64,000 nucleotides of DNA from Hemiscyllium ocellatum (lineage: Eukaryota): positions 50,902,001 through 50,966,000 of the forward strand of contig NC_083423.1 in the NCBI RefSeq assembly GCF_020745735.1, in the 5' to 3' direction. A program made the position numbers and the translations under genes. This document shows positions 10,830 to 24,564 of the stretch, in pieces; the stretch's first letter is position 1; each line of letters opens with the position of its first letter. The notes under the pieces were generated by a model. It was not told where the DNA came from. It did no database searches and saw only the letters and a list, made by a program, of their open reading frames with translations.

Positions 10830-12200
10830 CACAGGAATCCCTGAGAAGTAGGTACGTACAGTGCTGTTAGGAAGTTAGTTCCAGCATTTTGACTCAGCGA
10901 CAGAGAAAGAATAACAGTATATTTCCAAGTCAGTATGGTGTGTTGCTTGGACAGGAACTTGCAGTTGACGTCCCCATTCATCTGCTTACCTTGCTCTTTA
11001 GATTTAGAAAGTGCTGTTAAAAGAGCTTTTGTGAATTTCTGGAGTGCTTTTAAATAACGCCCTCTGCTGCCACTGTGTGTTGACTGTAGATGGAGTGAAT
11101 TATTGAAGGTGATGGATGAAGCGCCAATCAATTGGGATGCTTTTTCAAGCTTCCTGAGTGTTGTTAGAACTACACTCCTCCAACAAGTGTGAAGTAATCT
11201 ATCACACCCATGACACATCCCTTGTAGATGGTGGACAGACTTTGGGGAGTCAAGCAGTGATTTATTTGCTGCAGGATTCCCAGCATCTGACCTACTCTTT
11301 GTCCATAATATTTATATGGATTATTAAGTTCAATTAATTGTCAATAATAGCCTCTAAGATGTTGATTTCACTCATGGTAAGGCCATTGAATGTCATAGGA
11401 GGTGGCTAGATTCTTTGGGAATGGGCATTGCCTGACAATTGTGTGGTGTGAATATTACTTAACATATATCAGCCCAAGCCAGGGTATTATCTAAATCTTG
11501 TTGCACATGGAGATAGATGGCTTAAGTATCTGAGAAGTTGTGACTTACGCTAAGTGTTGTGCAGTCATCAATGAACTTCCCCATTTCTGAACTTTTGATG
11601 GAGGGAAGGTAATTGTAGTAGCTGAAGATAGTTGGGCCTAGGATTCGAACTTGAGAAATCACTGTTATCCTGGGACGGAGGTGATTAAGTTTCAACAGCT
11701 GCTTGCATCACCTTTTGTGCAAGGTATGACTTCAAACAAAGGCGAGTCTTCCCCTGATTCCTGATAACTCAAATTGTCCTTGATGTCATGCGCAGTCAAA
11801 TGGTGCCTTGAAGTCAAGGGTAGTCATTCTCATTTCATCCATGGAGTTTAGCTTTTTGTCCATGTTTGGACCAAACCTGTACTGAGATCAGGAACTGAGT
11901 GGCCCTGGTGGAACCCAAACTGAGTATCAGTGTATAGGTTATTGCTAAGAAAGTGCTGTTTAATTGTATTTAACACCTTCTTCCATCACTTTGCTAATTT
12001 GGACTGATGAGGCAGTGATTGGCCAGATTGGAGTTATCCTGTCTTCTGCATACAGGATGTGCATGGGAAACTTTCTGCATTGCTGAATAATTGCTAATAT
12101 TACAAATGTACTGGAACAGCTTGGTTAGTGGCACACCTAATTCTGGAACACAGACCTTCAGCACAATTACTACTATATTGTCAGGGCCCATTTCCTTGGC
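10830..12200 (-). mobile_element. Decayed LINE (CR1/L2-group) RT and 3' region
   Basis: Minus-strand GPDNI..IVLK.C.PEL..PL.KLFQ...NL.N...IS is the classic pre-RT segment. Related fragments lie at ~285-500, ~6930-7500 and ~36220-36610. Confidence 0.7.
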
Positions 12201-12277
12201 AGCATCTGGTTTTTTTTCCCTTAATACCCAAAGTTACATTTTTTAAAATTCTGTTTCTTTCCCTTTTTCTCTGCTAG

Positions 12278-12359
12278 GGGTTTCTTCCCGGTGGTGGTCG
12301 GCTTTATTAGACGAGTACCTATATTAGGCTCTATTCTGAATTTACCTGGAATAAGCTCT
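12278..12359 (+). CDS. GOLT1B: GOLT1B coding exon 4
   Basis: Acceptor ctctgctag|; encodes GFFPVVVGFIRRVPILGSILNLPGISS; donor |gtaagt. Confidence 0.96.
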
Positions 12360-15300
12360 GTAAGTATTTGTGGTGTTCAGTGCATGTTAAACTACAGTCG
12401 TATCATTTTAAAGACCTTTTGTTAAAATTCAGAACTCTTAGTGGTGTGTTTAACAGATGGCTGTTCCAAAGACTACAGTCAGTAACTGGCGATGAATTAC
12501 ACAACCTATTGCTTAGTGAAACCATATGAAGTGGACTCTTAACTGCAAGGCAATAACTTAAAACAAACATAAATTGAATAAATATTATGTTATATTATTA
12601 AATATGTATAAAGTTGGAATTTACGAAGGATTTTACTGTATTCTAAGATTGGGATCTAAGATGTAAAAGTGTGTTGGTACATTTGAAAATAAGAGTCAGG
12701 GGAAGATGGCCCACAAGCTTATCCCATACTGTGATAGAGCAATCAATATCTTCACCATCAAATTCCTCCATCAACAATCATATCATTACTACAATAACAA
12801 ACAAGAGATTTATTTTTTTAAAACACAAATGAAATGGGAACTATGTTGAGGAAATTATTGTTGTATACCTTTTCATCTACAACAAAAATCTCTAATCTAA
12901 ATTTTATAACTAAGTGCATTTTGACATGAGTCTATTGACTCATGTCTACCCTTTGAAAGTCAAATGTATCACCCTCCATAAGAGGGACTGAAAACTTGGC
13001 CAAAAAGAACGAGTAAAGATTTAGCATGAACAAGGTCTTAAAATAAAAATATAGTGCTGTATTTTTTTTCTTTCAGTCAACCTAGTAACACATCTACATG
13101 TTTCACTTGCTTTTCTTGGGTAGTGGCATACATCAACATGTCCTTCTAAAGGTATCCCAAATAAAACTAGTTCTTTTGATGTGAGGTATCAAAGATTTAG
13201 GACCGATGTAGCAAAAGGTTTTGAGGTTTACAAAGTGTTGTAAATATGCGGAACAAAGACACCTAAATAGAGTAGTGGATGTGAGATTCTTTGCAATAGT
13301 TTGAGAAAAATTTCACCCTCCAGAAATCTCTGTGGTCAAGTACTCTGTTTCACACAGAAAGAATGATAACATAGCTGAGTTACTGAGAACTACCCATCCA
13401 TAAAACTACATTATAACTTAGTTGTATCTTTGAAGGTTGTGGTGTTTTTTTTCCCTTCTGGTATGGTTAAGTATTGTTGTCAACAATTGAATCTTTTACC
13501 TTAACTATGGCATCATTCTCAGGTAAATTTTGTGTATAAGTGGTTAATGGTGAAAGCAATTAAGAAAATGAGTATTTTAATATTTGTGGTTACTTTTTCA
13601 ATAGGAATCTCTTTCAGTTTGAGAGAATTAAATAGGTTTCATTTTTGAGTTATGTGAAATTAGATTATGGCTAGTATTGATCGGTTTGTTCCAGTGTTAA
13701 TTGACCTTCAAGCTCTATAATGGTGTTAGTAGGAGATAGAATTGTCATTTGAGGAAGCTGCTACAATCTTTGAAAGAAATTGTTTTTCATAGGTAGTAGA
13801 TGAGCTGAACTTTCTGATGTAGGTTGGAGTGCACAATTGTGATAAAAATGGAGGTTCCACAGCTGTCATCTATTTATCAAGAAAACTAGTATGTGACTTT
13901 GGTGCAGAATTTCAAATAGTCATCTTAATCTCTGGGATTTGGCTACAAACAGGTGGATTTGTTATTAGTGCTGTGGAAACGTTTAAAGTTGATTCTGCAT
14001 GAATGCTTGAAGAGATAGCACTTTAAACTTGTGGGTCCAGATCAGCTTTGTATTTTTGCTTTTGGCAATGCAATTATATAATTTATAATAGAATTACATA
14101 ATATGCCCTATCCAAAGAATTACCTAAATAACTGTGAGCTGCAAGTTAGTTAGAATTGACACAATGAGCCACAGTTTTTGGCAGTATTTATTTTGATATG
14201 CTGGTAACCTCTATAAAAGATTTGAGCATCCTTTACATCATTGATCCGAGTAGCTGGTCTTATTATTTTAGATAGGGGATTGAAGAATTTATGGCTGCAA
14301 ATTCATATTGAAGAGTTTTCAGATTTATAAAGTGAATTGTTCTAATGGAATATTGCTTTTCCACTTCTCTAAGTGTGTTTGACTCGTATCAGTAAATATT
14401 AAGGAACACCAGTCCTTCAAACGAAGAATTACATACACCTGGTAATGTCTAAACGTGAAAAATGTCCAAAAATTGAAATATTTCTTATGCATCAATAGTA
14501 CCCGGCTTTGTGTGTTGTGCATCAGCTAGTACTTATCATTAAGCTGCTTATTTAGTTGCGCACAGAGTTCTGTATTAACTATTACTTGGATGATAGTCAT
14601 ATTTTCAGGCATGTTAAGGATAAGATACATTAACTAAAATACAACTTCATTTTATTTTCTTTAAAGTGTAGTGGGCCCTCTCCGACTAATAGGAGTGCCC
14701 ATAGACTCTAATTCGAGAGTAGGTCTTGTTTGCTTCTACAACTCTGTTCCACACATGTGCTATATAATGGCAGACAGTTGGGCAAATTCACAAGAACAGA
14801 GAGACTGCCTGGACAGTGACTGCACAATGAGGAATTATTGAAAAAGCAAATTTTAAAGCGTGCCAATTACTCCAGATCAGCATCAGGGCTGGGACAGGGG
14901 GAGATATTTGAATGAAATCGAAGATGAACTTCAGTTCAACAATAAGGAAGACATGCCTAAGCTAGGTAATGATGATTCATTTATGTTTAATATGCCTTAG
15001 GATTGACATGCAAAAAGACAGAAGCAATGCAATTAAGCATTCTGAGCAGTTCACTTTGAAAGGAATTAGTGTTTTCATTCTTTACTATGCATTAGAGATC
15101 ACAAGTTAATTTGGTAAGTCAAGAAAGCCCTCAGAACTTTGACCTGCGTTCATCCTCGGGTTCAGCAGTTCCAGTTTGAATGTCATTGCTGTGCATCATC
15201 TAGTGCCTAGAGACAGATTAAAATATGAATCAAAGCAGAGATCCCATAGTGAATCAATTCCCAGTGGTTTTGAGGCGAAATTCAGAATGTAACGAGATGA

Positions 15301-15904
15301 TTGATGGGGAAAATACAAATGAAACATTAGTGTCGTCAACGGAGTACTGAGAGCGTACCTTTTTGGAGCAGAGTAGAAAGTGCATTTGGTCTGCATCTTG
15401 CCCATGTCATTCATGACTTTACATTACAAAACAAAACTTGCACTTTCTGCTACTGGGGATTGTTACTTTCCTGACCAAAGAGAAGCATTTTGTTAAACTA
15501 ATAGCATTAGAGCAGATTTTCTGTGTTTCTCCCACAACAATTACCCCATTCTTTAATAATTGAGTAAACTTTGTAGTACGCCTTTGCTTGTGGGTTTTCC
15601 TCCTGAATTTTCCAGCTCGTCTGATTTTCATGTTCTGTGTACATGTTTAATTATATGTATTTAAGCCATCCTGAAGTTGTACCTTGTGTGGATTACTTTT
15701 ACATTTTACTTTCTTCTATGCAAAATACAAATATAGTTTACAGGAGATAAATGTGCCAGAATGTGTTTACATAATAAAGCCATCAAAGCTTTTGAATAAT
15801 TAGTGTGTTTAATGAAAGTACATGTCTAAAAATGCAAATACAAGGTGCAACAACAAAATTCCAGAAATACCCTGCAAGTTGGTCAGCTTCAATAAAAAGA
15901 GCAT

Positions 15905-16180
15905 AGAGTCATAGAGATGTACAGCATGGAAACAAACCCTTTGCTCCAACTCATCAATGCCAACCGGATACCCTAAATTGATCTAATCCTTTTTGGCATA
16001 TATCTCGCTCAACCCTTCCTAAACACATACCCATCCAGATACCTTTTAAATGTTGTAATTGGACCAGCCTCCTTCTCCTCCAACTCATTCCATACATGCG
16101 CCAACCTCTTCGTGAAAAAGTTGTCCCTTAGGTCCCTTTTTAAATCTTCCACCTCTCACCTTAATCTCTGTCTCCTATCT
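15905..16180 (-). mobile_element. CR1 LINE 3' tail fragment
   Basis: Begins agagtcatagagatgtacagcatggaaac, the reverse complement of the tail at 27500-27530. Confidence 0.75.
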
Positions 16181-17755
16181 TCCCATTTGGTTCTGAAGGA
16201 TTCCTGTCCAAAATATAAACTGCCTTTTCCCTTCAGAGGCTTTTGTATGTCCACTGTTCCCAACATTGCTTGTAATCATTTTTGTAGTGACTGACACACA
16301 TTGGGAAATAGAATTAGATTTTATTGTCACGTGTACTCAAGTCCAGGGATACAAAATGTACAGTGCACAAAGTCACCATTCCTGGCACCATCTTAGGCAC
16401 AGAGGTAATTAGGTAGGAAATCTAAGGTAAATCTGCCATGGTTTTACTGTGGACGTTCAGCTACTTATTGGCAGACTGGTGCATTTGAGAAAACTTCTAC
16501 TTGATCTTAAAAGATGTTTTGAATTGTAACAAATTATAATTTAGTTTATTTGATAGCACTGTTGCTTTGTGCCAGAAGTTGTGTACTTAAATACCATAAC
16601 ATGATTTTCGAATGGGTTAGATATTCAAGTGCAATGTTGTATTAAGTGAATGTTGAATTAAAACTACCGAATGTCTGAAGATAATTAAAGTAAGATTGTA
16701 TCTTCTATTGTAGCATATTTAAAGATCTGTGATGCTGTTTGAGATTGAAATATTGGTTAGATTACAATCAAAAATACCAGAAATGGATAATTGATCATTC
16801 ATCTTGTTATTTCCAATATCTTGCTGTGTGTGATTGACTGCTGAATTTGACAACAGAACAGCAACACTGACCATACTTCAAATATAATTTGTTGTTTGTG
16901 AAGTGTTTTAGAATGTGGTGAAGGTGTGAACTTTTACGCAGTTGCTAATCTTTTCCTTGTACTGCAGTGTTCTCATCTGCCTTTATGATATTCAGCATTC
17001 TGCATTTTAATAACTTTCCATTCATACAAATGAGGGGAAAATGAGTTGTGAATGATCACCAAGTGGAAATACAGTAACCAGCTCTGCATTATGATAGTCA
17101 AATGCTGCAGTAGGTTGAAATGGTATCGGTTAAAGTAGAAGAATTAATCACTGCAAAAAACATTTTTTAAATAAGAGTGACCTTTCTAATTGGAGTAATC
17201 CAAACCACACAGCCTTTGACTGATCAGTAACATATTGACCTTATCAGAATTTCTGCTATGTAGTCAGACAAAGTGTTTTACACTGAAATCCAATTTATAT
17301 TGACTTGATTGTGTTCTACCATTGCGTGGTAATCCACATTATCTTCCCTACACCTTTGTAAAAAGCCCTTCTAAAATGATAGTTTCTGGAGGTCCACATT
17401 TAAAATCTCAAACTCTCAGTTCACAGCTCCTTTTATGTTTAAACCATCCACTGCTATGCATTCTGTTAATTTTTGCCTTTTGTTGAAATGAACCTGCAAG
17501 AAAATGTGTTTACATAATCAAGCCATCTAACACTTTTGAATAATGAATTTACTGGTGCTATGCGACTTGTTAATAATTGTTCCGTTAAATATCTTTAAAG
17601 CTGACGATATCATAAAGGAGGCTGAACATGAAGTACGTATCTTGTTATATTTTCATAATGGTCTTGTTTGCGTAACCTGGAGGAAAGACTGCTACCTAAA
17701 ACAGTATAGTTTAGCTTTCTTTTTAAGTAGTGATATGTTGTGATCTTAAAAATGT

Positions 17756-17959
17756 AAATGTGTTGCTGGTCAAAGCACAGCAGGTTAGGCAGCATCTCAG
17801 GAATAGAGAATTCGACGTTTCGAGCATAAGCCCTTCATCAAGGGCTTATGCTCGAAACGTCGAATTCTCTATTCCTGAGATGCTGCCTAACCTGCTGTGC
17901 TTTGACCAGCAACACATTTGCAGCTGTGATCTCCAGCATGTGCAGACCTCATTTTTTAC
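17756..17959 (+). mobile_element. PLE-derived fold-back element, family 1 (young)
   Basis: Perfect 80-bp inverted repeat (17756-17835/17840-17919) with 4-nt loop and tail 17920-17959. Arms identical to the pLTR of the intact PLE. Target duplication ATCTTAAAAATGTA at 17743-17756/17962-17975. Confidence 0.93.
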
Positions 17960-19517
17960 ATATCTTAAAAATGTAGGCAAGATAAGAAGTGGTACATGGA
18001 GCAATGACCTAGGTCCTTTGCCTCTAGTTGGAACTGCCTCACAATAGGTAGTTTATAACAGAATTGCAAAGAAGCTTTGTCTGCAGTCTGCCATCTATTG
18101 AAATTAATAATAGAAAATAGCCATTGGCACACCCACAATTTTCCAACAAGCTACATGCTGGATTAACCCCTCCGAGCCCCAAAAAAAGCAGAGACTGGTC
18201 AAAAATTTAGGTCCTGGTTCATTAAAGTATGGATTTTTAAGGTGAAAATACCATGACCTTGATTTTCATTGGACTGGATGATATATCCCATGTACTCTTC
18301 TTTGGGATTTGTTTCTGAAATAGTTTTTTTTTAAATCCAATTGTAAGAGCTGGTCTCAAAGTCTTTACTGTTTCTAACTGAAATGAATTTGCTTTCCCAA
18401 TCTATGCCTGGTTTCAGCTGTGATAACAGTATTGGAGTACTTTAGCTTTTAGATTTTAGTGCAGAAGGGTTAGTAACAAATTTAAATACCAATGATGTTC
18501 ATTTTTAATGCTTAGTGCAAGTATTAGTACCACTGCCAGTTTCTTCTAATAAGCAATTCAGCACTTAACCTATTAATTTGAAATGTATGGGCTGAGATGC
18601 TTGACCGAAGTATCCTTGAGTCATACATCTATCTTGATCTGGAAAATAGGCTCGAAACCTTAGGGATGTTGTTTACTCTAAGCTGTTGGGAATTGCACTG
18701 TAATTCCCCTTTCTATCTTCCCCTACTATAGATTAGATCTGAAAGCTTACTGTGCAGAAAATAATGAATAAAGGTCTGTCCTGTTGTTCTAATCAAGCTT
18801 GTGACAGTCTTTTTATCTTTGTTGCTGTTACATTGGATTATGGATTTCTGTACTTTTACATTTTTAATTTAAAATCTGAAGACTAACTACTTGAAAGCAA
18901 TTGAGAAAAATTGGTGGGGATTCATCAAAGAATTCAACTAGCTTCTACTTTTGTAAGATTTATTATCATGTGGGAGGTTAAGTACAATTCAGTAAAGGAG
19001 GAGACCAATGTTTACAAAGTGAAAGATACTAACCATAGAGATGAATTGCTTGAGAGGTGTACTATGGCTGTCTAAGATATTAAGAATGAGAATAATGAGA
19101 ATAGCATGAAAACAAAAGGGAACCATCTGGAAATAATCAGGTCAGGCAGCATCGATGGATAGAAGAACAGAATTAACGTGTCAGATTAATCTGACATACT
19201 AAAAATGCAGGAAAGTGAAATCAGTCACTCCTTCAAAACTTTTAAATTACTTAATATTAACAGTTCAAATAAGGCTCAAGGATATGTTTTGGATTTAACC
19301 TGCTATTGAGATCATTACATGCAAAGAGCTCCCATTTGGAAAGTGAGTTAATTGTATTCATTTGATATTAGACAGCGCAACAATGAGAGCTTTGGATATG
19401 CATTTTAATTGTCACTGATTTAAGCCAACTGTCACAAAGTCTTTAAATATTAAACCAAATAAATTTTCAGCTCTTGGTTGTATTTTAGCTAATTACAGTT
19501 TCCTTTTGTTTTTGCAG

Positions 19518-19556
19518 TTTGTAGATAAAGCTGGCGAGAGCAACAGCATGGTATAA
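19518..19556 (+). CDS. GOLT1B: GOLT1B coding exon 5 (FVDKAGESNSMV*)
   Basis: Acceptor ttttgcag|; matches the GOT1B C-terminus; TAA at 19554-19556. Confidence 0.95.
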   Translation, partial: FVDKAGESNSMV

Positions 19557-20427
19557 CAGAGACTGGATGGACAACTGCTACAGAAACATACTGTATAATA
19601 TATTTATAAGGTTTACCTAAGGAAAACATTTCTAAATTTATATTTTACTGAGTTACCTGTGTAGGAACAAATAAAACTTGATAACATTCTTTGTACCAAA
19701 ATATTTTGTCAGAGAGGAAAGGTGGTCTTGGCATTGAATTCTACTCTCTCTCAACCTTTCCTCCCCTCCCAGTTGTTCTAAATGACTTTTCACGTGGAAT
19801 GCTTGGCGCCACAGCCTCCAGCAGAGAGGGCATGGTCAGCTGGACTGTGGACTGAACCACTACCACCGTCAATGCTGCTCATTGATCAGCAGGGAAGAAG
19901 TGAGCCTTAAACTTGCTGAGTTGGACTGGATAAGACCAACTGAAAAGAAATGTCTTTATTTAAATCTTGTTTGACAATGGCAAGCAATTTTTGAAATATT
20001 AGAAGGACTCTGACTCACCTGGCCATTTTTTTGGTTTCTTTGTCAAGTAATACAACACTTGAGTGGGCAGACCTTATCCTGTTTATCACTTAAAGATACA
20101 CATGTGGCTGATCTTGATCTTTTAGATAAAAGTAAACAGTTTTCATTCCCAATTGTCTTATCCTCAATCGTCTGTCTCTCTCTGCAGTTATGTTTGATCA
20201 CTTCGCCGTCTTTTGTGTTATACTTATATCTTTTTATGTGAAAGATCAGGTTAATGATGAGTTTTTATCTTTTGAGACTGCCTCACTTGGCAGGGATTTT
20301 GTGCAAACTAACATGTCTGATGTATTATGTACCTTTAGCAGATGGTGATTACAGTTATTAAAGCAGATTTTTTTTAAGAAAGTGTCTTTTCAAACATGAG
20401 CATTTTTCTTGGTGTTAAACTAATGTA

Positions 20428-20433
20428 AATAAA
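20428..20433 (+). terminator. Candidate polyadenylation signal for GOLT1B
   Basis: AATAAA followed by T-rich sequence. Alternatives at 19670 and 22373 cannot be excluded. Confidence 0.4.
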
Positions 20434-21589
20434 TGTTTGAAGCAAATTATTATCACTTTTTTTTAACAAAATGTTTCCTTAATATGACCTCACTTGTGAC
20501 TGTGAGTTGCTAAAACTGAATACCAGTATGTTTTGCTTATTCATGTAGGTTTGTGTAAACCCTGTACTTATCTGCCAATGGGAGGAAAGTTTTTTTTTAA
20601 TAAGTTCTAAAAATAACACTGTCTTCAAATGGCTTAGGTATTGTCCTTGACAAAAAAAGAAATTATTTAATGGAAATTAAACTTTGTGATCTTTTTAGAG
20701 ACAGAGATTAGTATCATCCAAACTGGTTATCAGAACTTCTGAAATATTGGAAAGTCTAATGTTAAAAATTATATTGAATCTTTGTCATAAGAATGCCTGT
20801 TGCCCCCCTAATTTCTAAAATGAGACAGTATGGAAACACCAGAGTTGCTGGTCTAATGTTCATAATCTAAAGTAGAATTTATGCATATGCTTTCATGAGG
20901 AACTGCCTAAGGTGCTAATTTGACCTGAATGCAGCCAAGATAGTGTACTTCATGGGGGGGAAAAAAAATCATTTTTTCTTTATTCTTTTAAGAAGAATTC
21001 AGGTTGATTATGATTCTGTACAATATACCAAAAAAGTACTGCAATTTATAGTACTCATTTCAGCCCAACGTTCATGGAATATATTGGCAATGTTTAGGGC
21101 AGCTGCTGAACATGTTAAGAATTCCATTTTTTTTTGTACCCTGCTGCTGGTCTTGAGAGCAGAAGTAACAACATTGTGCATCCTTTGTGACTGTGCCCAG
21201 ACTTAGAAGTTCTGTCATTTTTCTAAATTGCGGAAAGAAAATTTTTAAAAAATTATGGGTTTCCATTATTTTCTCTTGTACTGAAAAGTTTGCATCTATC
21301 TATTATACCAATCCTTCCAAACATATACTTCCCACTGAACAATAATTTTTTTTGCATTGATTTTTAATAGATTGTTGATCAGAAGTCAGGAAACGTTAGT
21401 ATGAATATTGTTTCCCATTTTATGACTCTGCAAGTCTTGCTGCTGTGTCACTGTGTTTAAAGAAATCTTCAACTCGGAAGACAAAAGTTATCCTGACTTA
21501 TATGCACTGTTAAATTTAATGTCACCAGGTTTCTGGAAACATAACTCTCAGAGCCAGCTCATCATCCAAATTCATTTTAAAAATCATTT

Positions 21590-22240
21590 AGAGTCATAGA
21601 GAAAAACAGCACGAAGACAGACCCTTCAGTCCAACTCGTCCGTGCCAACCAGATATTCTACATAAATCTGGTCCCATTTGCCAGCATTTGGCCATATCCC
21701 TCTAAACTCTTATCTATTCATGTACCCATCCAGATACCTTTTAAATGTTACATTTGTACCAGCCTCCTCCATTCCTCTGGCAGCTCATTCTATATATGTA
21801 CCACTCTCTGCATGAAAAGTTGTCCCTTAGATCCCTTTTAAATCTTCCCCCTCACACCTTAAACCTATGGCCTCTGGGTTTTGACCCCCCCCCCCCCCCC
21901 CCCAATCCTTGGGAAAATCCATGGCCCTCATGATTTTGTACACCTATACAAGGTCATTCTTCAGCCTCTGACACTCCAGAGAAAATAGCCCCAGGCTACT
22001 GTCTGTAGGTCAAACACTCTAACCCTGACAATTTTCTTGTAAATCTTTTCTGAACCCTTTCTAGTTTCACAACGTTCTCCCTATAGTAGGGAGGCCAGAA
22101 TTGCACACTGTATTCCAAAAATGGCCTAAACAATGCCCTGTACAGCAGCAGCATGACCTTCCAATTCTCATATTCAATGCACTGACCAATAAGGCAAGCA
22201 TCACAAATGCCTTCTTCACTACCCTATCTACCTGCAACTT
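21590..22240 (-). mobile_element. CR1 LINE 3' end fragment
   Basis: Tail agagtcatagag..; minus-strand QVDRVVKKAF.ML-type RT C-terminal motif. Confidence 0.78.
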
Positions 22241-24564
22241 GAGAATCAAGCATTCTTGTCTCAGCAAGCCTTGAGGAAGGTGGATACTTGTGTAAATTTG
22301 TGTTGCAAATTTGTATAGATTTTCGAAGGTCTTGAATAGAACTGTGCTGAACTGTTTTGCCATGTTAACTAGAATAAATATTGACAAAGGTATGAGTCTG
22401 CAATATTTTAATACCAGGTGAAAATATTTAATTATGAAGTGGTATTCTGAAAATACTTGAGTCCAATTTATGTAGCTGGCCTATGGAGTTTGTCACCTAA
22501 AGATGGGATTGATCACTAACGAGATATTGTAACTATAATACAGCTTGACAAATTGCTGAACACGTACGGAGAAAAAAAGTGTTGCAATATAACCATTTAA
22601 GAAATCCGTTTAACCCCAAGCCACTGCTCTTCATCTGTTAATTAGGTCTGGATTTAAAGCAAGCATGATAATTTTTGAATACGAGCAATACAATTTTTCC
22701 GGTTGATGATTAGATTCTGTAGAAGTCTGTTGTGTGATTTGGATTTTTTTGTAGTACAATTCCTAGGCCTGTCATCTTGTTGTCTACTTGTACTATAAAA
22801 CAGCAACTTGCTCCATGGTGGGACTGTCAAAGTAGGCAATTGCAAGTGGTGTTAGGACCATCGGCCACAGTCATGATGCTGAAGAGGATGTTATTGGATG
22901 TTTTTGGAAGTTAGGAGATGGAAAGTGTATTAGAACCGTTTAACAAGAACTCCTATGTATGGGAGACTGATGTCTGAATGCTGAACTATTGATTTGAGAG
23001 AGATGTGAGTACGGTAAGTCAAGTTGAGAAGGAGGAGAATGCAAACCGGAACACCGATTTGCAGCAGGCTGCATAGGAGACACCTTTAAGTGTGAGTAAG
23101 GATTTGGCAATCTCTGGGGTGCCGTGAGGCAGTGGAGGTTGGCAAGGACAGTTTAATGAACTTTAGTACAGGACTTGTTTACAGGATAGGATGAAATTGG
23201 TGGAGTAATAAAGGTGGAGGCCTTTGAGAACTTAAACCATAGGAAAGGATAAAGACTGAGATTCAGCAAGCGTGAAGTTAGGACAGAGGGACGTGAGGTT
23301 GCAGAGGATATCTCAGGTCAGATGTTGAGTTTATGCACTATTCAATCTAAATTCAGAATACATGCACAAATTATGGAACTCTAATTCAATTTGACCAGAC
23401 TGAAGCAGAAGGCTTTTATCTTGCCATTGTTTGATCTGTAGAAAATACATAACTGAGACAAAAATGTAGGATTACATTTTAAGGTTATGGCAGAGGTAGA
23501 AAGTTGACTGATTAACTCCAGCTACCTGACCCATAGACTCTCGAAGTCTCATCCTAAGTATCTCTGCCTCTCTACCTCTTCTTGAAGATCAGTCCATGTC
23601 TTTGACCAAGCATTTGGTCACATGTCCTAAGAGTTCTGTAGTTCCGTTCCAAATGTTGTGCTTTAGGCAATTTTTTTCTTGTTAGAAGTGCTATGTAAAT
23701 GTCATTGTTGTATGCAGACATGCCAACTTGGAAAATTGGCAAATGCTGACAGAACAAACAAGGCAGCCACCGGTGAAGCGTCAGGGATCTATGTAGATAA
23801 ATCAGAGCGAAAATATAGATGACCTCGGCTGATCATCATTTCAGATTTAATAATATCACCATTTCATTCCCTTGACTTCTACATGGAATAAACTGATTGC
23901 TTCAAAATAATAGCAGTGATGAATTTCGATGTAAATCATTTTTTTCGGCCAATTAGCAACATTTGAAATTTGGAAATAAAAGTAGGTTGGTAAATGTGAG
24001 CTGAACTACATCGCTTGGATTTGTGAACCAAAAGTTTTGATAATAGTCTGACAACATACACAAACGTCTGCATTGCCAGTCTCTGCCCTGACCCAACTGC
24101 AGCCTAGGGGCAGATGTGTGATGATCTACATTGAAAGTATGCTGATTTTAACAGGTATTACTCCTGGATATATTTTGGAGTGATTAAAGGAGTTTGTATG
24201 ACTGAAATAATTGTATGATGGATTACTGATGAAGGGTCATCCACATGCTTTAGCCTGTTTATTTTTCACACTGAACATGTTGCTGTATTTTTCAGTAGTT
24301 TTCTGATGTGAGGCTAATAATTATTGATTATAGCATACATCACATGCACCTCTTATATTCCTCCATTATTTTAATGAGGTTAGTCTATTTGAAATGAAAC
24401 CGAGGATATGTCAGTAGATATCATTAGTAATTTCTGTCTATGATTCCTCTGACTGGAAATAAACATTTGAATTGAATTCTTAATGTGTGAAATCTTGATT
24501 TGCAAGAATAAATGGGGGCTGCATTTTAATGGTCTTTAAATACCAGATTGGAGATAAAGTTCTT

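Larger units (their letters stand above)
4184..19556 (+). other. GOLT1B: GOLT1B gene span (coding): join(4184..4208,7836..7927,9823..10001,12278..12359,19518..19556); vesicle transport protein GOT1B, 138 aa
   Basis: Spliced CDS of 417 nt, all introns GT-AG: [138 protein letters not shown]. Near-identical to vertebrate GOT1B and adjacent to SPX and GYS2 as in other vertebrates. Confidence 0.96.

Noticed and set aside
17756-17959. Hairpins as DNA-transposon MITEs or pre-miRNA genes
   Set aside because: Arms are identical to retroelement pLTR ends, the structure is asymmetric (tail on one side), and duplication lengths vary; no known miRNA is recognisable.
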